DNA of 64,000 nt from Octopus sinensis (Eukaryota). A model generated the notes under the pieces. The model saw only the letters and a list, made by a program, of their open reading frames with translations. It was not told the origin of the DNA and searched no databases. The first letter of the stretch is position 1, and each line of letters opens with the position of its first letter. A program made the translations under genes and the position numbers. Shown piece by piece: positions 26,910 through 38,815 of this stretch. The stretch is taken from the NCBI RefSeq assembly GCF_006345805.1, contig NC_043013.1, positions 56,916,001-56,980,000 on the forward strand, in the 5' to 3' direction.

Positions 26910-29110
26910 GGTGTTTAGGCGACGCTCTTGGCGTGTGTATAGCGTCCAGGTCTCACTTCCATACAGTGGAGTGCTGAGTACACATGCCTGGTAGATCTTT
27001 ATTTTCGTGGTCTTGGTCAGCTTATTGTTGTCCCAAGCCCGTTTGGAGAGTTGGGCCACCGCAGCAGTTGCCTTGCCAATGCGTATATTGAGCTCAGCGT
27101 CAAGGGATAGGTTGTAGGTGACGGTAGAGCCCAGATAGGTAAACTTCTCCACCTCTTGTAATATGTGGTCTCCAATATGTATGTTTGGAATATCCGATGT
27201 AGCCTGGCCCATGATGTTGGTCTTCTTAAGGTTGATAGCTAAGCCAAAGTCGTTACATGCTTGCTCAAAACAGTTAATGAGCCTTTGGAGGGCTTCTTCT
27301 GTGTGTGTTACCAGAGCGGCATCATCAGCAAATAACATCTCCTTGATCAGGACGTTTCTGATTTTGGTCTTGGCACGCAGGCGCGAGAGATTGAACAGTT
27401 TCCCGTCACTTCTACTGTGCAGAAACACTCCATCATCTGATGTCTGAAAGGCATGTGAAAGTAAGAGCGAGAAGAAGATGCCAAACAATGTAGGAGCGAG
27501 GACACAACCTTGCTTTACCCCGTTTTTTATTTGGAAAGCGGCTGATGTTGAACCGTTGTGCTGTATGGTGCCTTGCATGTCATCAAGGAAAGACTTGATG
27601 ATCCTCAGCAGCTTTGGTGGACATCCGATTTTTTGGAGCTGGATGAAGAGGCCTGTTCTGCTTACCGAGTCAAAAGCCTTTGTTAGATCGATGAAGGCCA
27701 TATATAATGGCATTTTCTGCTCTCTGGACTTCTCATGAAGTTGGCGTATGGAGAATATCATATCGATAGTTGATCTGCTTCTTCTAAAGCCACACTGCGA
27801 TTCCGGATAGATTCGAGAAGCAAGTAGTTGTAGCCTGGCCAGGATAACGCGGGCAAAGGTCTTTCCAACAGTGCTTAGAAGAGATATTCCACGGTAATTG
27901 TTACAATCACCACGGTCACCTTTGGTTTTGTAAAGTGTAATGATGTTAGCATCCCGCATATCCTGAGGGATTGTACCCTCTTCCCAGCACTGACACAGAA
28001 GCTCATGAAGGTGCCGAAGCAGGATGGTGTTTTTGCCGGCTTTGATGATCTCTGAGGGGATGCCGTCTTTTCCCGGAGCCTTATTTCTTGCTAGGGAGTC
28101 AACAGCCTCGATGAGCTCTGCTATAGATGGCGGACTGTCAAGTTCGCACATGACTGGCAAGATCTTGACACTCGACTGCAGCCTCAGCCACTGTAGTGTC
28201 CCGTGAGTAGAGATCCTGGTAGTGCTCCACCCATCTATCAATTTGCTTGCCTTGATCCCTGATGAGATCTCCAGTAGTTGATTTCAGAGGGGCTGACTTG
28301 GTTGCGGATGGATCGAGGGCCTTCTTCAAACCGGCATACATCCCACGGGTGTCGCCACTGTCAGCAGCTGACTGAATACTCTGACATGTCCTGACAGTAC
28401 CTATTTGCACAGCGTCTGGCTGTCAGTTGGGTTCTATTTCGTGCCTTTCTGAGTTCTTCGAGTGACTTTGTAGAAGAGTCACTCTTGTATTGCATCAGAG
28501 CTGCACGCTTTGCTTCGATAACTGGCTCCAGCTCTGAGAGCCCAGCATTGAACCAATCTGGGTTTTGCCTTTCTCTCATGCCGAAAGTATCTATTGATGT
28601 CGTATACAAGGCTTCCCTGATATAGTCCCACCTACTTTCAGCAGAGGAGGTTGGGCAGCTACTGAGGGCAACCTTGATAGAAGCAGCAAAACATTTTCGC
28701 AGTGTAGGGTCCGAGGTTTTGGCGGTGTTGATGCGTGGTCGGCCCACTTTCTTGGAGCGATGGACTTTTTTAGGCAGAATCCTCACCTTACTTCTAATTA
28801 GTGAGTGGTCTGTGTCACAATCCGCGCTGTGGTAACTGCGGGTCAATAGAGTAGAATTCAGAAAGGGTCTCCGTGTAATGATGAGATCCAGCTGATGCCA
28901 GTGGTGAGATCTTGGATGTCTCCAGAATGCCTTGTGGGATGGCTTGTTGGTAAAGAATGTGTTTGTGATGCACAGGTTGTGGTATGTGCAGAATTCGAGT
29001 AGTCTCTGACCATTGTCATTCATGTTGCCAATACCAAAGTGTCCAACACAAATGGGCCATGAATCATGGTCAGATCCCACGCGAGCGTTAAAATCCCCTA
29101 GAAAATATCT
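26910..29110 (-). mobile_element. RTE-clade LINE (APE and RT), truncated at both ends, one frameshift
   Basis: LGDFNARVG, QLDLII, DCDTDH; NYRGISLLS, ESQCGFR, FIDLTKAFDSV, GVKQGCVLAPTLF, LFADD, FTYLGS. Confidence 0.95.
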
Positions 29111-29119
29111 ACCTTCTAG

Positions 29120-29156
<37 letters not shown>

Positions 29157-29429
29157 GTATGTATATATGTATATGCAGGTGGCACGTAAAAATCACCATT
29201 TGGGCGTGGCCGTTGCCAGTACCACCAAACTGGCCCTCGTGCCGGTGGCATATAAAAGCACCCACTACAATCTCGGAATGGTTGGTGTTAGGAATGACAT
29301 CCAGCTGCAGAAAGTCTGCCAGATCAGATTGGAGTCTGGTTCGCCAGACCTCAGGGAAATCGTCTAACCCATGATAGCATGGAAAGCGGACGTTAAATAA
29401 TGATGATGATGATGATGATGATATATATG

Positions 29430-29505
<76 letters not shown>

Positions 29506-29518
<13 letters not shown>

Positions 29519-31765
29519 AATATATATATATATATGTATATATATAACCAGTAACCAGAGACATACAGCCTAAAGGAAGCACCCGAAATATCTCCAATCT
29601 GAACTTCCACAAAGCAGATTGGAGATCGATCCAAAAAGAGATCCTCAGAGAGGACTGGCCGGAGTGACTCTCCGCACCAGACATTGACATGAAACTAGAA
29701 TGTTTCATGTCTTCTGTGCAAGCCGTATGCCAGAAATATTTCCCAGAGCACAAGGCCAAAACAAATAGGATCAAGATTCCAAGAGACAGGAAGATCTTCA
29801 TGAGACGACGGACGAAGGTTGCAAATCGTCTCAACCAACATCCAAAAAGTAGCGAAACATCCCGCCTAAAAACAACACTGATGGAGATCGAAAAAAGGCT
29901 GCAACAATCCTATGTGGGGGAGAAAGCAGACAAAGAAGCCTGGGTTATAAAAAACATTAAATCAAACCCAAAGGCCTTCTTTCAATACGCGAAAGAAACA
30001 GTCTCCGTACACTACAAGATAGGACCCCTCCTCCAAAAGGATGGCTTCTTCACAGACAGTCCAACTAAGATCAGTGAGAAACTGAATGACCAGTTCAAAA
30101 GTGTCTTAACCACCCCGTTGGAACACAGACAAGTGAACGAACCAGTGGACTTCTTTGCCGCCTCACATATAAGCAGCGAGGCAGTTGCAATAGAATGTAT
30201 TGACATTAGCGAAGAAGATGTCCTACTAGCCATAGACGAAGTGGACACAACTCAACTGCTGGTCCCAGCAATTCCTCCTCAAAGAGTGTAAGCATGCCCT
30301 GGCAAAACCCCTCAAGATTCTCTTCCAGAGCTTTCTTGCAAATGGCAAACTGCCAAGCAAGCTGAAGGAGGGAATAATATGCCCAACACATAAAGGGGGA
30401 AGTAGAGCAGATGCCAAAAACTATAGGCCTATCTCTCTGACTTAACACATCAGTAAAATCATGGAACGGATAGTCAGAAAGAAACTAATCGCATTCCTTG
30501 AGGAAAATAACTTGCTGAGTGATACCCAGCATGGTTTTCGACCAGGTAGGAGCTGCCTGACCCACAAACTGCATGACCTTGGCATAGCTGGAAAACTTGG
30601 AGTGTGGTTACATGACTTTTTGAAAAGATAGGAGTCAGGCAGTATTGGTTAATGGAGCCACCTCTATGAACACACAAATAGTGAGCGGTGTTCCACAAGG
30701 CACTGTCTTGGGACCACTGCTTTTTATAGTGGCACTCACAGATATGCCCTCAAATGCCCGGATAACCACTCTGGCAAGCTATGCAAACGATACGAAAGTC
30801 TCGCAGAAAATACAGAACCCCAGCGATGTTGCACACCTGCAGCAGGATTTGGATTCAATCTACAGATGGGCTGAGGATAATAATATGCAGTTTAATGCTG
30901 AAAAATTCCAGGCCCTGTGCTACCAGCATCCAAAACTTAATATTAAACTTACAGGATACACCGGTCCACAGGGAATTTCAATCCTAGAGCCTAAGTCTGA
31001 GAGGAACCTGGGTATCGACATGAGTGAGGATACCTCTTTCCAAGTGCACATTACCAGGATGGCGACAAAGTGCCGACGACTGGCTGGCTGGATTCTAAGA
31101 GCTTTCAGAACCAGAGATAAGGAAACCATGATGGTCCTCTGGGGAACATTCGTCCCCAGCCGCCTGGATTACTGCTCACAGCTATGGTCACCAACCAGTG
31201 TGAAATTAACAGCGGGCCTTGAAGCAATCCAGAGAAGATTCACAAAGAAGATCGTCTCTTTTCGACAGCTCAGCTACTGGGAAAGGTTGAAACAGCTAAG
31301 ACTCTACTCCCTGGAGAGAAGACGAGAGTGGTATGCAGTAATATATGTCTGGAAGATCCTAGAAGGAAATGTGCCAAATTTTGGCATTGTAAGCTACACC
31401 AATGCTAGAACGGGACGACACTGCATAGTGCCAAAGATCCCAGCAATGCCATCACGCTTCAGGACCAGCTACTGCAACAGCCTGGGTTTCAAGGGCCCAC
31501 AGCTTTTTAATATTCTCCCAAAGAGTCTGAGCAACTTGCACAAAGGAGATGTAGCGGTTTTTAAATCAAAGATGGACATCTTCCTGTCGAGAGTTACAGA
31601 TGAACCTACCTCACGGCAAGAGGTATATCAAACTATATCAAACTCAATTGCCAGCTATATCAAACTCAATTCTTCACTAAGTGCCAAATATTAGAGGAAG
31701 CTCTTCGCAATAACAGTGTAGTACAAAACGCATGGCCGCAGCTCTGAGCTGAAACAAGAAAAACG
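29506..31765 (+). mobile_element. CR1/L2-group LINE copy related to 21652-24460, degraded, with an internal deletion
   Basis: IKNIKSNPKAFF, GVPQGTVLGPLLF, YANDTK, LDYCSQLW, LYSLERRR; tail CATGGCCGCAGCTC..AGCTGAAAC. Confidence 0.9.
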
Positions 31766-31807
31766 AAAAACGAATATATGTATATATATATATATATATA
31801 TATAACT

Positions 31808-32080
31808 TAGAAAGGTTTTGGCCAGTATTGGCCCAGGCCATGTCTAACTTAATAGCACCACCTGGCGAAGTCTTTCAATTCAGGATTTGGGCACTGAGGC
31901 CCATTCGAGCAGAGAGTTATTGTTTGCGGAGACATATCCGGGTGTGGGTGGTTTGTCCGGGGCTGTTTGAAGGAATTTGTCCGAAGACTTCTTGAATTTT
32001 GTGTGGTCAGTTTCTGTTTTGACGTGTCCTGGTGTAATGTTGAAGAGAGCGGGTCCAATTAAGGTGAAATAATTGTGCCG
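31808..32080 (-). mobile_element. Short 3' fragment of another CR1/L2-group LINE
   Basis: GPALFNITP...[21 protein letters not shown]...NNSLLEW, a typical ORF2 C-terminus. Confidence 0.75.
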
Positions 32081-32087
32081 TATATAT

Positions 32088-32151
<64 letters not shown>

Positions 32152-32219
32152 GTATATATATATATATATGTATATATATATGTAGATATGTATATATATG
32201 TATATATATATATATATAA

Positions 32220-32269
<50 letters not shown>

Positions 32270-32300
32270 GTATATATTTATATATATATGTATATATATA

Positions 32301-32351
<51 letters not shown>

Positions 32352-32355
<4 letters not shown>

Positions 32356-33262
32356 AATTTAAAATTAAATATAAAATCTTTATAAGAAATTATCAGTAGT
32401 TAGCGTGAAAAACCTCGTAAGAGAAAAAAATCTAAATTTTTCCACTTTGAAAATATTTATTTATATTGTATAGAGGGTACTATTATTCATAGGTACCGCA
32501 TGCTAGGAGGAACTTTTGCAGTCAAAACTACTAAAATAAACAAATTGTACTGAATGAAAAACTTCAAAGCAAGTCATTTAAAAACAGAATTTAGTTACAT
32601 ATCACTTGTGATTTGGCAATCAATGCAGAATATGCATTCTATGCTCTTCAGTGCAACGAACTCAAGACATATGAGAAAAAAAGTTTTGCATTCGGTACAA
32701 TTTGTTTATTTTAGTAGTTTTGACTGCGGTACCTATGAATAATAGTACCCTCTATATAATATAAATAAATATTTTCAAAGTGGAAAAATTTACAGATTTT
32801 TTCTCTTACGAGGTTTATCCCGCTAACTACTGATAATTTCTTATAAAGATTTTATCCTTAATTTTAAATTTATATTTTTCACCGGAATTAGTTCAATACT
32901 GAATTTTTGTTCCGAGTAGGCAAGTTGTTACCGAAATGCATTGCGAATAAGCCCGCCATTTTCATAGATATGTAAAAATAAACATTCGTACATGCTGCGG
33001 CGAATTCTACGGTTGGCTGTCGGGTTTGTAATGTTGTGTTTTTTCTTATATGTATTGAGTTCGTTGCACTGAAGAGCATAGAATGCATATTCTGCATTGA
33101 TTGCGAAATCACAGGTGATATGTAACTAAATTCTGTTTTTAAATGACTTGCTTTGAAGTTTTGCATTCGGTACAATTTGTTTATCTTAGTAGTTTTGACT
33201 GCAAAAGTCCATCCTAGCGTGCGGTACCTATGAATAATAGTACCCTCTGTATAATATAAATA
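32352..33262. mobile_element. ORF-less HHR element, about 495-bp unit; inverted arm 32352-32680 and direct arm 32681-33262 with a partial tandem repeat
   Basis: AAGTTTTGCATTCGGTACAA recurs at 32681 and 33156; the left arm is its reverse complement; (TA)n on both sides. Confidence 0.85.
33063..33126 (+). ncRNA. Type I hammerhead ribozyme, canonical core
   Basis: GTTGCA | CTGAAGA (33069-33075) | GCA...TGC | GAAA (33105-33108) | ATCAC-AG-GTGAT | A33120 | TGTAAC. Confidence 0.85.
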
Positions 33263-34028
33263 TATGTATATATATATATATACACACCTCTTTGACCTCT
33301 TTGTAACCTGACAATCTATTAATAGCAACATTTATAAATAAAGAAATAAATTGTTGACCTCAGTTCGAATTTTGTTCTAAACAAACTTAGACCTTTTTGT
33401 TAGTATCAACTTGTGCCCATCCCCTTAGCTTCCCCTTTCCTTTCTCTTTGACAGCTTAAATAGCAGTAACTGATTAAATTTCTACCTCCTTCCTCCTCTT
33501 TCTGTGATTCTTGATAAATTCATTAATAACCTGAACCGCTACAATATAAGACTGTCATTTTGCTTCTCATTCGGATTCCCTGATATTTTTCGCATGATTG
33601 TACCCGAAATCTCTTCACAAAACTGGATTATGAACTATAAGGACATACACATTTTTTGTAAGTTCAAGACTTTTTCATCGGATCTCCAAAAAATCGAACT
33701 TATCTGCGATTCTTGTAAGTTTCAATAACAATCTGTTCCTCTACACGATATGACAGTCACTTTGCTTTTACTCAGACTTTCCTCTACATGATATGGCAGT
33801 CAGTTTGCCTCTTATTCGGATTTTCAGAAATTTTGCATGACTGTATCCGAAAATTTCTTCACACAACTTGATCAAATATTCAATATGAGCTATATGTAGA
33901 CATGCATAAATTCTATAGGTTTAAAACCTTTCATCGGATCTCCACGAATCGAACTTTCTTCAATGCAGCTAATCTTACAACCTCTTTTGTATCTACCCCT
34001 TTTGATGTTTGGGAATTCTCTGATGTTT

Positions 34029-34116
34029 TTTCGGCTGACGAGTACGAGCCATCTGTATTCACTGCATTTTTTGTAGCTTATTAAAGATGTCCTCGTACGA
34101 AACGATCGTACCGAGA
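34029..34116 (+). ncRNA. Type I hammerhead ribozyme, canonical core
   Basis: TTTCGG | CTGACGA (34035-34041) | GTACGAG...CTCGTAC | GAAA (34099-34102) | ACGATCGT palindrome | A34110 | CCGAGA. Confidence 0.9.
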
Positions 34117-34261
34117 TTTTAATCCATTCTTGTTGCTTTTTTCCTATTTGTAATCACCCCACTTGTCGTATGGTTAACACCATATAGATTTCGGTGCATC
34201 CTAGTTAAGGACCGTATTCAAGTGAATTCTTTAGAATTCACTAGAATCTCAATTACTTAAC

Positions 34262-34306
<45 letters not shown>

Positions 34307-34317
34307 GTATATATATA

Positions 34318-34368
<51 letters not shown>

Positions 34369-34381
34369 GTATATATATATG

Positions 34382-34415
<34 letters not shown>

Positions 34416-34449
34416 TATGTATGTATTATATAAATATATATATATATAG

Positions 34450-34492
<43 letters not shown>

Positions 34493-34494
<2 letters not shown>

Positions 34495-37128
34495 ATTTCA
34501 ACAATTGAGGGCAAAATTAATTAATTATTAATCAATTTCACCAAGTGTTCAGATGCAAAGGGACCATTCAAGGCGAATTCAAATTATTACATTATATAAA
34601 AGGGCTTAGTAAAATAAATTACTTTGCCGCATACTGAACTCATTAGAAATAGCAGCTAAAAAACTTTTTTAAAGCTATTTCTAATACTTAAAGAAAATCT
34701 CTCTCATATATAGTGTTTGCTTAATTCAACTCACAAAAGTTTGGGGGTAAGGACATCGAAAAATCAAATGCTAAGGTTATTTGAGAACGTACGTTTCAAG
34801 ATTAGTCAAAACAACACTTCTATCATCAGCTCAGAAATTCCTTGGTTTGGATTTGGAAACACTGAAAATAAGAACATACCTTTTCGAAGATCTGCTCGTA
34901 ACTAACAGTGCCAACAAATTCAAATAAGCAAGCGAAGAATCTCTGTTCTCCCCTTTCCACCAGCGTGGGTTAAAATCATCAAACACTATGCTTATTTCGG
35001 TAAAATCCGAAGCATTAATCAGAGGGAGATTAATTATAATTTCAACAATTGAGGGCAAAATTAATTAATTATTAATCAATTTCACCAAGTGTTCAGTATG
35101 CAAAGGGACCATTCAAGGCGAATTCAAATTATTACATTATATAAAAGGGCTTAGTAAAATAAATTACTTTGCCGCATACTGAACTCATTAGAAATAGCAG
35201 CTATCTTCAGTGTTTCCAAATCCAAACCAAGGAATTTCTGAGCTGATGATAGAAGTGTTGTTTTGACTAATCTTGAAACGTACGTTCTCAAATAACCTTA
35301 GCATTTGATTTTTCGATGTCCTTACCCCCAAACTTTTGTGAGTTGAATTAAGCAAACACTATATATGAGAGAGATTTTCTTTAAGTATTAGAAATAGCTT
35401 TAAAAAAGTTTTTTAGCTGCTATTTCTAATGAGTTCAGTTCAGTATGCGGCAAGTAATTTATTTTACTAAGCCCTTTTATATAATGTAATAATTTGAATT
35501 CGCCTTGAATGGTCCCTTTGCATACTGAACACTTGGTGAAATTGATTAATAATTAATTAATTTTGCCTCAATTGTTGAAATTATAATTAATCTCCCTCTG
35601 ATTAATGCTTCGGATTTTACCGAAATAAGCATAGTGTTTGATGATTTTAACCCACGCTGGTGGAAAGGGGAGAACAGAGATTCTTCGCTTGCTTATTTGA
35701 ATTTGTTGGCACTGTTAGTTACGAGCAGATCTTCGAAAAGGTATGTTCTTATTTTCAGTGTTTCCAAATCCAAACCAAGGAATTTCTGAGCTGATGATAG
35801 AAGTGTTGTTTTGACTAATCTTGAAACGTACGTTCTCAAATAACCTTAGCATTTGATTTTTCGATGTCCTTACCCCCAAACTTTTGTGAGTTGAATTAAG
35901 CAAACACTATATATGAGAGAGATTTTCTTTAAGTATTAGAAATAGCTTTAAAAAAGTTTTTTAGCTGCTATTTCTAATGAGTTCAGTTCAGTATGCGGCA
36001 AAGTAATTTATTTTACTAAGCCCTTTTATATAATGTAATAATTTGAATTCGCCTTGAATGGTCCCTTTGCATACTGAACACTTGGTGAAATGATTAATAA
36101 TTAATTAATTTTGCCCTCAATTGTTGAAATTATAATTAATCTCCCTCTGATTAATGCTTCGGATTTTACCGAAATAAGCATAGTGTTTGATGATTTTAAC
36201 CCACGCTGGTGGAAAGGGGAGAACAGAGATTCTTCGCTTGCTTATTTGAATTTGTTGGCACTGTTAGTTACGAGCAGATCTTCGAAAAGGTATGTTCTTA
36301 TTTTCAGTGTTTCCAAATCCAAACCAAGGAATTTCTGAGCTGATGATAGAAGTGTTGTTTTGACTAATCTTGAAACGTACGTTCTCAAATAACCTTAGCA
36401 TTTGATTTTTCGATGTCCTTACCCCCAAACTTTTGTGAGTTGAATTAAGCAAACACTATATATGAGAGAGATTTTCTTTAAGTATTAGAAATAGCTTTAA
36501 AAAAGTTTTTTAGCTGCTATTTCTAATGAGTTCAGTTCAGTATGCGGCAAAGTAATTTATTTTACTAAGCCCTTTTATATAATGTAATAATTTGAATTCG
36601 CCTTGAATGGTCCCTTTGCATACTGAACACTTGGTGAAATTGATTAATAATTAATTAATTTTGCCCTCAATTGTTGAAATTATAATTAATCTCCCTCTGA
36701 TTAATGCTTCGGATTTTACCGAAATAAGCATAGTGTTTGATGATTTTAACCCACGCTGGTGGAAAGGGAGAAACAGAGATTCTTCGCTTGCTTATTTGAA
36801 TTTGTTGGCACTGTTAGTTACGAGCAGATCTTCGAAAAGGTATGTTCTTATTTTCAGTGTTTCCAAATCCAAACCAAGGAATTTCTGAGCTGATGATAGA
36901 AGTGTTGTTTTGACTAATCTTGAAACGTACGTTCTCAAATAACCTTAGCATTTGATTTTTCGATGTCCTTACCCCCAAACTTTTGTGAGTTGAATTAAGC
37001 AAACACTATATATGAGAGAGATTTTCTTTAAGTATTAGAAATAGCTTTAAAAAAGTTTTTTAGCTGCTATTTCTAATGAGTTCAGTATGCGGCAAAGTAA
37101 TTTATTTTACTAAGCCCTTTTATATAAT
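34493..37128. repeat. Tandem array of about 550-bp units, each with a hammerhead motif; orientation flips at about 35203
   Basis: CTGATGA cores at 34823-34829 (minus) and 35243, 35791, 36340, 36890 (plus); spacing 548-550. Confidence 0.95.
36886..36937 (+). ncRNA. Representative hammerhead of the 550-bp unit
   Basis: TGAG | CTGATGA | T AGA.AGT...ACT.AA.TCT T | GAAA (36922-36925) | ACGTACGT palindrome | T36933 | CTCA; U.U at 10.1/11.1, GUU triplet. Confidence 0.75.
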
Positions 37129-37146
37129 ATATATATAATATATATA

Positions 37147-37178
<32 letters not shown>

Positions 37179-37194
37179 GCGTAGCTGACTTTAA

Positions 37195-38815
37195 TGTATC
37201 ATATATTCTAGTTTTATGTCGACGTCTGGTGTGGAGTGACATTCGGGCCAGTTCTCTCTGAGGATCTCTTTTTGGATCGATTTCCAATCTGCTTTGTGGA
37301 AGTTCAGATTGGAGAGATTTCGGGTGCTTCTTTTAGGCTGTATGTCTCTGGTTACTTTCGGCCCAAACAGACAATTCTATTATGTTGTGATCCAAGACTA
37401 ATGTCGGCGTCACTTTCACATCATGAATGATGTCCATATTGTTCGTGAAGTAGAGATCCAGATTGTTATTTGCCCTAGTTGGTTTGGGGCATTCGCTGGG
37501 CAATATGCATTGCAAACGACTGTATTATGTTGTCTTATGTATACAATTAGAGTGTCTCATACCAAATTTGAGTGTAACAGTAAGACATGGGGTGTGAGGT
37601 CATCACGGATGTATACAGCAACTCCACCATGGCTCCTTTCCCTTCTGTCTGTTTGCAATATGGCATAGTTTGGTACTTGTACCTCTGCATCATCTATATC
37701 AGGGCTGAGGTGTGTTTCCACGAGTGCTATGCATAGGGCTTGATTACATGCAGTAAGATCTCTCAGGAAAGAAATTTTGTTTTTAATATAATGTAACAGG
37801 CCCCCAATATTTAGTAAAAGTATTGGGGTGACGACTGTGCAGGCTTTAGGGTAGGCCATCCTGTGTCTGTTGACTGTGGTGGTCTTGCATAGTGGTGGGA
37901 AAAGTTCCTTGTTTGTGCTTGGTGTAGCCACGTCAACTGCTGTACAATCTTTTGCACCAAAAACAAAAAAGACACTTTGCTCAGCCGCTGAGCAAAGTGC
38001 GCAGAGCATCTGAGGAGCACACTTCTTTTCTGAATGTTTTCCTTGGAGACATTTGTTGTCTTTTCTCAGTCAAGTTTTTCTCTTTAAGGTCCCAGTAGTT
38101 CTGGCGGGGTGTCGGGTGGGCAAACCGGCAGTTTTCGCCATCATCCCCATGCCAACATTTGCATTGCAAGTAAAATTTGCAGGTTCTTCGGTGCCTTCCA
38201 GATTTCTTCTTTCCTGTAGGGTTTTGGATGGCATTGGATTCTCCATAGGGTTTTGTATTGTTTGTTTGTGGGTTGGGGGTTCGGTTTTGGTTGTTTTGCC
38301 TTTTCCTTTTTCTTCCTTTCCTTTGTTATTTTTGTTTTCGGTCCTTCTTTTTCTTGTGGTAGGAACTGATTTCTTCTGGTTTTCTAATGCGGCAAAGGTT
38401 CCATTCCTTTGTAGGATAACTGGCACAAGGGGGATTCTGGTTACAGCTTCCTTGGCTCCACAATCCTTTTCTGCCTGGTCGTTCACCGGGGCGGGTGATC
38501 CATTCTCTTGAGGAACCTCTGGATTACAGAAACTTCCGGGTTTTATTTACTTTACGTCTCCTCCATCCTTTTCAGCCTTGCCACAATAGTTTTCCATTAT
38601 GCCATCCAAGGTGTTAATGTGTGGTCTTATAAGCATATAAGACCGGATGAACTCACTCTTCTTCCGCTCTATTTGGTCAATGGTGCTGTGAAAGCCATTG
38701 TTCTTTAGTGCAGCAGTGATGTTGTTTGGCGGATCGCCACTAGCAATCATCCATGCTCGTAAAAGAAGATTTAATTCTTTCTTCACCCACTTTCGTGCCA
38801 TCTTCGTTTTTTAAG
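37195..38815 (-). mobile_element. 5' part of a CR1/L2-group LINE: ORF1 with a CCCH zinc finger plus the APE N-terminus; disrupted
   Basis: ORF1 start MARKWVKKE at 38801; CKFYLQCKCWHGDDGENCRFAHP; APE LLNIGGL...LVETHL...SHGGVAVYIRDDL; shares sequence with 21652 and 29506 copies. Confidence 0.85.

Noticed and set aside
34493-37128. CRISPR-like array or repeated small genes (MPSIVEII..., MLNSTHKS...); likewise MLRETW... in the 530-bp array
   Set aside because: Whole units repeat with no unique spacers; the ORFs are short, have TTG or other weak starts, overlap on both strands and show no protein motif.
29506-38815. 29506-31765 (+) and 37195-38815 (-) as two halves of one inverted LINE
   Set aside because: Their roughly 150-bp overlap differs at about one base in ten, and the 5' piece lies on the wrong side for twin priming; they are separate copies.
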